DNA of 64,000 bases from Candidatus Anstonellales archaeon (GTDB lineage: Archaea > Micrarchaeota > Micrarchaeia > Anstonellales > J096). Positions within the stretch are counted from its first letter, which is position 1, and every line of letters begins with the position of its first letter. Made by a program: the position numbers and the translations under genes. Positions 9,220 through 17,470 of this stretch are shown here, one piece after another. The DNA is taken from positions 194,611-258,610 of the forward strand of contig JAWAFI010000001.1 of NCBI GenBank assembly GCA_038890615.1, in the 5' to 3' direction. The notes under the pieces are model-generated. The model was not told where the DNA came from and did no database searches. It was given only the letters and a program-made list of their open reading frames with translations.

Positions 9220-9984
9220 ATGAGGTTCTACCATTTTGCTTTTGTTGCGCTCCTTCTCCTCTATGGGTGCGTGCAGCAGCAAGCAGAGCAAGAGCAAGAG
9301 AAGCCTTTTGTGGTTGAGCCGCTTGGCTACCCCCAGGTGCTCAAGAATGCCTCTTCAGAAGAAATATATTCCCTTTTTGCAACAGTGAATTCCAACTACT
9401 GCAGGGGGATTGAAAGGCTGGCAGTAGATGAGTATGGCATGATAGTTTCCTATTCCTGCAGCGAAGGGGAGGGCACTCCAATAACAGAGAGGGAAGCGGT
9501 TGAGGAGGCAATGCGCTTCGCTTTCCAGAACAACTATATAACTTATGTAGACAAGAAGCCTGTGCTTCTAAGGGTAACGCCAGCAGGCACAGGGCTCACT
9601 GTAATCTTCGCAAAGCAGCTTTATTCTGGGATTCCTGTTGAGAACACCAACATAATAGCGCTTGTGAAGAAAAGGGCTGACGGCTCCCTTTATGTAGAGT
9701 ATTTTGAGGGCCATTGGCACCATGTAGACATCCACCAAACAGTGGCCATTACCAAGGAGGAGGCGATTGCAAAAGTGAATGGAAGCATAATGGTTGACGA
9801 GAATGGCGTGCACAGGGAGGTATTTGAAAAGGACATAACCAACGCTTCGCTGGTCATAAAGCCCAGCGGCCCAGGGATAAGGGTTGCATGGAAAGTGATG
9901 CTATCCTTTGGCTGGAACGGCTACGTTGATGCAATAGATGGAAGCCTTATAGCTTTTGAAAGGGCCAGTGGCATAGACCCCTAG
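9220..9984 (+). CDS. Lipoprotein-like surface protein with FTP/PepSY-like propeptide domains
   Basis: LLLYGC lipobox-like; QLYSGIPVEN (FTP-like); ITKEEAIA...AWKV...YVDAIDGSLI (PepSY-like). Confidence 0.65.
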   Translation: MRFYHFAFVALLLLYGCVQQQAEQEQEKPFVVEPLGYPQVLKNASSEEIYSLFATVNSNYCRGIERLAVDEYGMIVSYSCSEGEGTPITEREAVEEAMRFAFQNNYITYVDKKPVLLRVTPAGTGLTVIFAKQLYSGIPVENTNIIALVKKRADGSLYVEYFEGHWHHVDIHQTVAITKEEAIAKVNGSIMVDENGVHREVFEKDITNASLVIKPSGPGIRVAWKVMLSFGWNGYVDAIDGSLIAFERASGIDP

Positions 9985-10130
9985 CCCTTTTTTTAAAGCC
10001 CTTAATAGAAAGTGGTTTGGGCAGGGCCCTGGCTTTCGCTCTGCCACACCTTCCACCTGGCTGCCTAACCTCTAACCTCCTTCTTTTCCCTTCCAAGCGC
10101 TTTTTAAATGGTTGCTTACAAAACCCTTTG

Positions 10131-10637
10131 ATGGAAGTAGTGTTGGCCCTTGATGACTACAACGACATCTTCGACGACTTCGACATCAGGCCCTACAAGG
10201 AAAGGGCAATATCAGTTGACTTCAGGGAGGAACTCCAGAGGAGGATATCAAAGCTCGGGTGCGAAGAGAGAATAGGCATAGTGCTTACCCTGCCAAGGTA
10301 CAAGCGGATTCGCACTGATGAGAAAATTATTGCAAGGCGGCTCAGGGCATATTTTGAAGACCGCTATGTTATGTACAGCGCAAGGAAGCACAAGAGCTGG
10401 GCGAAGACAGCCCTGTTCATAATGCTTGGGCTGGCATGCTTGGCTGCATCTTTTTACATAAGCAGCATAAGCGAGCTGCTTTCAGAATACCTGATAATAG
10501 GGGTTTACTTTTTCACCTGGCAGGGGCTTGATGAATTCATATACAGCTACCCAAAAATAAGCAGGAGGGTTGAACGCTATAGGTGCATGAAGGAAGCCCA
10601 CATACGCTTTTCTAATGAAGAGAACTATGAGGGCTAG
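10131..10637 (+). CDS. Conserved hypothetical membrane protein
   Basis: LDDYNDIFDDFDIRP N-terminus and two C-terminal TM helices. Confidence 0.75.
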   Translation: MEVVLALDDYNDIFDDFDIRPYKERAISVDFREELQRRISKLGCEERIGIVLTLPRYKRIRTDEKIIARRLRAYFEDRYVMYSARKHKSWAKTALFIMLGLACLAASFYISSISELLSEYLIIGVYFFTWQGLDEFIYSYPKISRRVERYRCMKEAHIRFSNEENYEG

Positions 10638-11620
10638 CCATCACCATTCTCCTTTTCTTTCTGTGCCTTTCTTTTCTTCTCTTCTTTCACATAATCCAAA
10701 ACCCTTGATACCCTAATGCTTTCCCTGTTGTACCTAGCAGGGTCTTTCTTCTTAAGGGCTTCCATGTAATCTGAATAGAAGTGCTCCTTCAATACGCCAA
10801 GCGCAAATGATGCCACCTTCCCATCCCTTTTTATGTAATCCTTAAGCAATGCCAATGTTGGCTGAAGGTCATTGCCTGCCTCCTCTCTCAGCATATTTTT
10901 GAACAAGCGGCATATTCTGCTTGTTCCTATCCCTCTATTTAGCATACACGCCAAAGACTCTTCTGCCAGCCATCTCGTATTAGATGAGCCAAGGGCTGGA
11001 AGAAGCAAATGCAAATGCCCTTCATCGCCTATTGCCCCTAAGCCCAATATAGCAGCCTTGGCTTTTTCATGATCGCCTGAAGAAAGCATGGCAATAATCT
11101 TGCTTGTTGCACCAGAAACATCCTCGCCCCTAATTGCAATCTCAAGAAGTGAGTCCCTTGCTTGGAACTTTATTGAATAGTCAAAATATCCAAGGAAATC
11201 AACGAGCATGGCAGCCTCCTTGCTTCCTCCTATAAGCCCAAGGGCATAGATTGCTGCTTTCTTCCTGCTGTTGTCTGAGACAAATGATGCTTCAGTAAAA
11301 TAGCTAATCGCACTGCTTTTTTGGAAGCCCTTTTCTATCATTTTTAGGAGGGCAAGCGAAGAGCTATTGCGCGCCTCTTTGTCCTGAAGGCCAATCTCTA
11401 TTATCCTAAGGTCCCATAGCTTCTTTTTTGAAACCATCCTCTCCAATATCCTTTCCTTCTCTTTATTATTAGCCGATTTGAATTTGCGCATCAGGGCATC
11501 TTTTCTTGCCTCAAGCCTGGCCTCCAGCCTCTCTTCTATGAGCCCTTTCAGCCTATGGAAAAGGCTCCTTTGCTCGCCTCTCTCTTCCTTAAAAACCCTC
11601 TTATTTTTTTCGCCTTTCAT
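10634..11620 (-). CDS. HEAT-repeat protein
   Basis: Repeats KAAIYALGLIG, QARDSLLEIA, KAAILGLGAIG, LAEESLACML. Confidence 0.8.
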   Translation of the reverse strand: MKGEKNKRVFKEERGEQRSLFHRLKGLIEERLEARLEARKDALMRKFKSANNKEKERILERMVSKKKLWDLRIIEIGLQDKEARNSSSLALLKMIEKGFQKSSAISYFTEASFVSDNSRKKAAIYALGLIGGSKEAAMLVDFLGYFDYSIKFQARDSLLEIAIRGEDVSGATSKIIAMLSSGDHEKAKAAILGLGAIGDEGHLHLLLPALGSSNTRWLAEESLACMLNRGIGTSRICRLFKNMLREEAGNDLQPTLALLKDYIKRDGKVASFALGVLKEHFYSDYMEALKKKDPARYNRESIRVSRVLDYVKEEKKRKAQKEKENGDG

Positions 11621-11643
11621 TTTGCCCCTATATATTTTAGATA

Positions 11644-13845
11644 ATGCTTAAAAAATTTAGCTACATAGCAGCTGCAAAAATAAATAAAAGTATGCCTGGG
11701 TTTATTATGCGCCTAAAGGACAAAACTTCCAAAGAAAGCAAGCAAATGGAAAATGGCTGCAAAGGAACAATAATGCCAAAGGAGGAGGAAAGGAGGTTTG
11801 GCAAGGAAGAGGCCATCCGAAGGGTAGTTAAGGCAATAAAAAAAGGATTTGAAGACACCGAGGCATTTGAAGAATTAATGAAGCTCAGCAAAGCCAGCTC
11901 AGGCAATTCAAAAGAAGAGTTGGTGTTTGCAGAGAAAGGCAATGGAAAGATGGACCTCAATAAGATGGTTGAAAGCATAGCCAATGGCCTTGACATAAAT
12001 GCCAAGGATGGCGATATGCCTCTTCTCATAAAAGCTGTTTTGGGCAACCAGAAAGATGTAGTCAAGCTTCTTGTAGAAGCGGGGGCAGCGCTATATGCAT
12101 GCGATGACCAAAGAAGGAATGCATTGGCTCATGCATGCATTAAAGGAAACAGGGAAATGGCGGGTATACTGCTGAAAAAGATGGATTTTGTTGATAGCAT
12201 AGATGGGTATGGCATGACACCCCTTATGTATGCTATAGAGAAGGAAGACTTAAAGATGGTTGAGATGCTTGTAAACGCAGGAGCCAACATAGCCCTGCAA
12301 AACAATGATTCCCTCAATGCACTTATGCAAGCTGCTGCAAAAGGCAATGTTAGGATGGTAAGATTTCTGATACAAAAAGGGGCTGAGTTGGAAAGCACTG
12401 ACAGGGAAGGGAGGACGCCTCTCATCCATGCTGTGCTGAACAAAAAAAGGAAGGTGGTCAAAGCACTCCTTGAGGCAGGGGCAAACCCAAACCATATTGA
12501 CGACTTCAAGAAAACCGCTCTTGGATATGCATCCATTCTTGGCGATGTAAGCTCAATAAGAAGCTTGGTAGATGCAGGGGCTGATGTTAAGATAAAAGAC
12601 ACCTTTAAGAGGAATTTGCTTTTTATGGCGATATCAGAAGGTCAAGAAAAGGCAGCATTGGAACTGCTTAAGAAGGGGGTAAACCCTTTTGAGAAAGATG
12701 AAAGCATGAGCACAGCGCTTATATCAGCTTCAGGTTATGGAAGCAAAAAAGTGGTAAAAGCACTGCTAAAGAAAGGGGTGAGCGTAAATGACAGTGATTA
12801 CCTGAAGGCAACCCCTTTGATCAAGGCCTCAAGAAACGGGCACATAGCCATAGTAAAAATGCTGCTAAGGGCTGGCGCATCAGCAGATATGAAGAACTGC
12901 GATGGAAGGACAGCGCTCATAGAAGCAAGCTATGAAGGGCACCATAAAGTTGTAAGGGAGCTCTTGAAAGCAGGGGCAAACCCAAACGAAAATGACTTTT
13001 ACGGCAGAAGCAGCCTTTATTATTCGTCTGCAAATGGTTTTTACAAGGTAGCAAAGGAGCTGCTTAAGAGCAGAAAAATAAATCCAAACATATGCGATTC
13101 AAATGGAACAACCCCGCTTATGAAAGCGGCCTATGAAGGAAATGTCAAGATCATAAATATGCTTGCTGGAAGGGGCGCTGATTTAGAGAGAAAGGATGCG
13201 CATGGGCGCACTGCCTTGTTCTATGCAATAGAAGGAGGAAAGAAAGAGGCATTGAAGGCACTGCTAAAAAATGGCGCAAACCCTAATGCAGAAGACAAGG
13301 TAGGAAAAACCGCCCTGATGTTTGCTGTATCAAGAAAATCAGCTGAGCTAGCAAGAATCCTGATAAAGGCAGGGGCTGATGTGAATGCAAAGGACATAAA
13401 GGGCAAAAATGCTCTTATGAGGGCTGCCCTTTATGGCCATCTTGAGATACTGCTAGAGCTGTTAAAGGCAGGGGCTGATGTGAATGACCAGGACATCTAC
13501 TTAGTGGATGCGCTGATGCACGCAACGCATGAAAAGAACCTGGAATGCATGAAAGCGCTCCTGGAAGCAGGCGCAGACCCAAACCAAAAGGACATAAAGG
13601 GAAGGACTGCCCTTACGATAGCAGTCAAAACAGGGTATTTTGAAGGGGTTGAGCTCCTTCTCAGCAAAGGGGCAGACCCCTACATAAAGGATGGGGAGGG
13701 CATAACTGCGCTGGATATGGCATATGAAAAGAGGACAATGGAGCTGTTCAAGAAGCATATGGAGAAGGTGCAGAAGGCAAAGGCAGAAAGTAAGGATATG
13801 GAGGAGGCGAAGACTGTGGAATACAAGAGGGATGAAGGGGAATGA
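11644..13845 (+). CDS. Large ankyrin-repeat protein
   Basis: About 17-19 tandem 33-aa G.TPL..A...G....V..LL.AGA..N units; start could be a downstream Met. Confidence 0.93.
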   Translation: MLKKFSYIAAAKINKSMPGFIMRLKDKTSKESKQMENGCKGTIMPKEEERRFGKEEAIRRVVKAIKKGFEDTEAFEELMKLSKASSGNSKEELVFAEKGNGKMDLNKMVESIANGLDINAKDGDMPLLIKAVLGNQKDVVKLLVEAGAALYACDDQRRNALAHACIKGNREMAGILLKKMDFVDSIDGYGMTPLMYAIEKEDLKMVEMLVNAGANIALQNNDSLNALMQAAAKGNVRMVRFLIQKGAELESTDREGRTPLIHAVLNKKRKVVKALLEAGANPNHIDDFKKTALGYASILGDVSSIRSLVDAGADVKIKDTFKRNLLFMAISEGQEKAALELLKKGVNPFEKDESMSTALISASGYGSKKVVKALLKKGVSVNDSDYLKATPLIKASRNGHIAIVKMLLRAGASADMKNCDGRTALIEASYEGHHKVVRELLKAGANPNENDFYGRSSLYYSSANGFYKVAKELLKSRKINPNICDSNGTTPLMKAAYEGNVKIINMLAGRGADLERKDAHGRTALFYAIEGGKKEALKALLKNGANPNAEDKVGKTALMFAVSRKSAELARILIKAGADVNAKDIKGKNALMRAALYGHLEILLELLKAGADVNDQDIYLVDALMHATHEKNLECMKALLEAGADPNQKDIKGRTALTIAVKTGYFEGVELLLSKGADPYIKDGEGITALDMAYEKRTMELFKKHMEKVQKAKAESKDMEEAKTVEYKRDEGE

Positions 13846-14279
13846 GGGCTTTACCAAAGGCATTTGCAATTTTCTTTGTTTTGCTGTTTTTAGGGTGCAC
13901 GCAGACGCCTGCAGAAGAGATAAAGCCCTATGATGAGGCAGCAGTGAAGAGATGCGAGCCTGGGGTTTACAAGACAATAAGCGACGATGGGGGCATAGAC
14001 ACCTACATAAAGGTTGAAAGCATAGGGGACAAGTGCAGGTTTGAGCTTAGGTTCAACACAACAATAGTATGCCTTGAGTCCCTTGGGCTGAGGAATGTGG
14101 ATAAGATGAGCTGCGTTGCAGACAAGTCAGTGCTGCAGCAGGAGGGTAGGATGGTGTGGAAAACCAGCGGGGCTGAGCTCCAGCCACCGAAGCAGTACAT
14201 AGACCTTGGCATTGGAGGGCAGGTTGAGGTGCCTGCGCTTCCAATAGCCCTCAGCTGCAGGCAGGTATGCAAGGAGTGA
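13842..14279 (+). CDS. Cys-containing lipoprotein-like protein
   Basis: LLFLGC lipobox-like motif; several additional Cys. Confidence 0.7.
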   Translation: MRALPKAFAIFFVLLFLGCTQTPAEEIKPYDEAAVKRCEPGVYKTISDDGGIDTYIKVESIGDKCRFELRFNTTIVCLESLGLRNVDKMSCVADKSVLQQEGRMVWKTSGAELQPPKQYIDLGIGGQVEVPALPIALSCRQVCKE

Positions 14280-14309
14280 TGGGCTTATCAATTGCTAGCC
14301 GCAGAGGCA

Positions 14310-14903
14310 CTATATTCGCTTGCATAGATTGAGAAAGCAGCAGTTAGCGCATTTCCTCTTATGATCTGTTGGTTCTGGAATTGATTCTTGCCTTGCTATT
14401 CTGTCAATTTGACCTAGAATGTTCTTGAACTCCTCTATTCTAACTGAGTTGATAGGAACCTTTAGAACATCGTTTGTTTTTAGAAATTTGATATAAGCAG
14501 AAGGAACGTAAAAGCCTAATTTTTCCAGTATAAGATGCGCTTCTCCTATGCATTGGTACTTTATTGATCGGAATAATGATTTTGGTCTGTTCATATTTTT
14601 AACTTGAATTGGATACGCTTCAGCAACAGCATAGTTAATGGCAACGCAGTCAATAACCGTAAGGAAGTGGAGTTTTTCATCTTTCAGGAAAACATTGTAA
14701 TGCTTTTCAAGATTCGGGAATTCCTTGATTATCTTGGTTCTTTTGGAAGCTTGGGTAAATTTTTCATGTATTCTTCTCCCTTCAAATTCCTTGACTGTGG
14801 TCTTCTGAGGAATTTTAAGAACGTGCTCAAAATATATTATCCGTGGGCAAAAGCTGAAATTAAGTACGTCGCGTGCAGTGTAAAAACCTTCTTGGTTCAT
14901 CAA
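14310..14903 (-). CDS. cas4: CRISPR-associated Cas4 exonuclease
   Basis: FCPR..YF, GRRIHE, VID, PIQVK, C-terminal KCANCCFLNLC Fe-S cysteines; next to the array; ATG at 14900 is the likely start. Confidence 0.92.
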   Translation of the reverse strand: MMNQEGFYTARDVLNFSFCPRIIYFEHVLKIPQKTTVKEFEGRRIHEKFTQASKRTKIIKEFPNLEKHYNVFLKDEKLHFLTVIDCVAINYAVAEAYPIQVKNMNRPKSLFRSIKYQCIGEAHLILEKLGFYVPSAYIKFLKTNDVLKVPINSVRIEEFKNILGQIDRIARQESIPEPTDHKRKCANCCFLNLCKRI

Positions 14904-15010
14904 CTCACCAATTCAAATTCCTTGTCTTTTATTCTTTCTTCATCCAAATGGCCTATGATTATTTTAGAGGCAAAACATTCTTTGCAACTTGGTATCAAAA
15001 AAACTGCAGA
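14900..15010 (-). pseudogene. cas2: 3' remnant of cas2
   Basis: Manual translation SAVFLIPSCKECFASKIIIGHLDEERIKDKEFELVS*, a Cas2-like C-terminus (CxxC then IIG); its stop overlaps the cas4 ATG; upstream it runs into the CRISPR repeat and an in-frame stop. Confidence 0.75.
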
Positions 15011-15480
15011 GCGCTAAGAAATGGAAGTAGGGATGCAACTTGATGACGGCGATGAGATAAAAATATATGAGGGGGTTGCAGAGCGCTAAGAAATGGAAGT
15101 AGGGATGCAACACGATGAATGTGCATCGCTTGAACTCATAGAGATAGAGTTGCAGAGCGCTAAGAAATGGAAGTAGGGATGCAACTAGAGAAAGCGGAAG
15201 ACTAATTTTTTTTTAAAAAAAGTTGCAGAGCGCTAAGAAATGGAAGTAGGGATGCAACTTCCAATGAGCAAGCCTGCCTCTTCATTATATCCGCTTGTTG
15301 CAGAGCGCTAAGAAATGGAAGTAGGGATGCAACTAATTATTTTAAGTAAATTTCTTCCCAGTTTTTTTCGTTGCAGAGCGCTAAGAAATGGAAGTAGGGA
15401 TGCAACGAATACCAAGGAGTCCATATGTGCGCTGGTATTATCAGTTGCAGAGCGCTAAGAAATGGAAGTAGGGATGCAAC
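15003..15480 (+). CRISPR. CRISPR array: 7 x 37-bp repeats and 6 spacers of 35-38 bp, type V-F-like repeat
   Basis: Repeat GTTGCAGAGCGCTAAGAAATGGAAGTAGGGATGCAAC at 15003 (first 2 nt differ), 15075, 15149, 15222, 15297, 15370 and 15444; strand inferred from the ATGCAAC 3' end. Confidence 0.98.
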
Positions 15481-16725
15481 TCATTTCTTTGGGATGTAGT
15501 GCTTAGACTTCTCCTTACTCTCCTCCTTCGCCCCGCATAGCAGGTCAACAAAGAGAGATGGATGGACTACTGCATTTATAGTGTAAACCTTTACTTCAGG
15601 CCCTAATAAAGAAGCGTCTGTCTCTTTGCGGTATTCTTTTGTTAGTTTTCCCTCTAGCTCTCTCTCCTTAACCAGCCCAGGCGTCATGGTTGTATAGTCC
15701 ACGCCGTCAAAAGGTCCCCTGCTTCCTCTTTTGTAATCGCCAAAAAACCTAACCTCCTCTGCCTTATTGTCTAGAATTATATTGTACATTATTATGGGGT
15801 TGAAAGTAATGTTAGCTTGCGATTCAGCATCCTCCTTAGCAGAGGGAAAGAACTGGGTGCCATAGACAATTCTCAGAACTGGCTCTCCTTTCTCAGTAGC
15901 AGTAAAGTATACGTACATGTTGTCCACAGTATTATTGCTAAGCTGCAGCTCGCTCCTTGCTGCCACCTGCCTTAGCGGCAGTGCGTTAGGGGAAAACATG
16001 GAAGTAAAAAATCTCCCTGTAGCTCCAGCAGGTATAGTCATCTCAACTAGCCTGTTTGTATGTTGGGTCAGAAGAGCCTCTTCCATAAGCTTCATTAACT
16101 CCCTCCCAGCTAATTTTAGGTATCTTAAGCCACTCTCATTTTGAATTGCTTCTATGCCACTGCGCTTCTCTGAAGAACCGTATAGCAAATCCACTGTAAA
16201 TTCAAGCAGCCTTGCTGCCTCAGGATTGGCTTTGTAGAAACCTATAGTGTCCTTTATAATCCTTTCAAATATTTTCTCATTTTTGCCTGCAGTAAGGGAG
16301 AAACTGACATCACTCGCCTTAAGCTCCTTAGGCTTTAGGCTTGCACACACCGTAAGGATCCTTTCAGGATCCTCAAAACGCCTAATGGTAAGTGTTGACT
16401 CTGTGTTATACTCAAAAAGGTAGAGGCCTGGCTCAAGGCGGGCTTTTTTGTATTTGGTAACCTGGCTGCCTTCAGTTGCCACATTCTCCTTCCCAACAAT
16501 TATTTCCATGGGCTCTTTTACATAGAGCACAGAACCATAAACCTTCTTTGAAACCGGCTTCTTTTCCACTCTAGGCAGGCCTCCATATTCCATAAATTTT
16601 CTTACGTCTTCTGAAATGTTACCCCCGAATTTAAAATCTGCAGTCTTCCTTACTATCTCGTCATAAGGCCTTAACTCCTTAGGTACTTCGTTTTCTTTAT
16701 CAGCTTTTTTGCCTTCTAGCTTCAT
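15481..16725 (-). CDS. Hypothetical protein abutting the CRISPR array
   Basis: 414 aa, AGGTGA SD, stop codon directly adjacent to the last repeat; no recognisable RuvC, HNH or HEPN motif. Confidence 0.85.
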   Translation of the reverse strand: MKLEGKKADKENEVPKELRPYDEIVRKTADFKFGGNISEDVRKFMEYGGLPRVEKKPVSKKVYGSVLYVKEPMEIIVGKENVATEGSQVTKYKKARLEPGLYLFEYNTESTLTIRRFEDPERILTVCASLKPKELKASDVSFSLTAGKNEKIFERIIKDTIGFYKANPEAARLLEFTVDLLYGSSEKRSGIEAIQNESGLRYLKLAGRELMKLMEEALLTQHTNRLVEMTIPAGATGRFFTSMFSPNALPLRQVAARSELQLSNNTVDNMYVYFTATEKGEPVLRIVYGTQFFPSAKEDAESQANITFNPIIMYNIILDNKAEEVRFFGDYKRGSRGPFDGVDYTTMTPGLVKERELEGKLTKEYRKETDASLLGPEVKVYTINAVVHPSLFVDLLCGAKEESKEKSKHYIPKK

Positions 16726-16783
16726 TGTCTCACCTATATTTATCTTTTTTCACACTTTTTAAAAAACTTCCCCAAAAAGAGCA

Positions 16784-16855
16784 TGGACTCTGGGGGAGTC
16801 GCACCCCCGGCCTCTCGCATGCCAAGCGAGCGCTCTGCTGCTGAGCTAAGAGCCC
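16784..16855 (-). tRNA. tRNA-Ala(GGC)
   Basis: GGGCTCT/AGAGTCC acceptor stem, anticodon arm CTCGC-TTGGCAT-GCGAG, no encoded CCA. Confidence 0.92.
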
Positions 16856-16906
16856 TTTTTATTTTTAAGGGATATACTTATAAAGAATCTTTTATAAACC
16901 TATTTC

Positions 16907-17470
16907 ATGCTCTTGAGCAGAAGCGAGATACTTGAGGAGATGGCAAAGGGCGAAATAAAGATAGAGCCTTTTGAGCCTGGGCTTGTCGGGCCTGATGCAA
17001 TTGACTTGAGGCTTGGAAAAAAGTTCATGGAGCTTAGGAAAGCAGATAAGCCCATTGATGCAACACGCATACCAAAAGACATATACACAGAGCCTATAGA
17101 AGCCCCAGAAGGTTATGTGCTCAAGCCGAATACGCTTGTGCTTGGCACAACCTTAGAGGCAGTTTCGCTTTCAAACAGCATATCTGCGCAGCTGGAAGGA
17201 AGGTCATCTTTAGGGAGGGCAGGGATATTGGTGCACATGACTGCAGGAATAGTCCATGCAGGGTTTGGCAAAAAGGAGCCAAGCACTCTCACTTTGGAGA
17301 TATACTCTGTAAACCCAAACCCTGTTGTTGTGAAGCCTGGCATGAGGATAGCCCAGCTAAGCTTCATGAGGCTGGGGAAGGAGGCAGAGAAGGGCTATGA
17401 TGAGATAGCAGGAAGCAAGTACATAGCCCAAAAAGGGCCTTTGCCCCCGGGTGAGGACAGTGGACTTTGA
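16907..17470 (+). CDS. dcd: dCTP deaminase
   Basis: IDLRLG, LEGRSSLGRAGI, TAGIVHAGF, TLE, GMRIAQLSF, SKY..Q. Confidence 0.93.
   Translation: MLLSRSEILEEMAKGEIKIEPFEPGLVGPDAIDLRLGKKFMELRKADKPIDATRIPKDIYTEPIEAPEGYVLKPNTLVLGTTLEAVSLSNSISAQLEGRSSLGRAGILVHMTAGIVHAGFGKKEPSTLTLEIYSVNPNPVVVKPGMRIAQLSFMRLGKEAEKGYDEIAGSKYIAQKGPLPPGEDSGL

Noticed and set aside
13365..13490. Direct DNA repeats AAAGGCAGGGGCTGATGTGAATG as a separate repeat element
   Set aside because: 99-bp spacing equals one ankyrin unit, so it is a coding repeat
14280..14310. tracrRNA or leader for the array
   Set aside because: Only 30 bp with no complementarity to the repeat; none seen at 16726-16783 either
15259..15296. Spacer 4 self-targeting the VirB4-like gene near 34096-34112
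   Set aside because: Only a gapped match of about 15 nt (CAAGCC-TGCCTCTTC), explained by common E-E-A-G-L codons
15481..16725. 414-aa ORF as Cas12f/TnpB
   Set aside because: No RuvC-I (xxGxD), RuvC-II E or RuvC-III D context and no CxxC zinc finger; size and position alone are not enough
16826..16840. GCAGAGCGCT shared between tRNA-Ala and the CRISPR repeat as anti-repeat or att site
   Set aside because: Only 10 nt and part of the ordinary D-stem; no duplicated tRNA 3' end seen at the left border near 14280-14310
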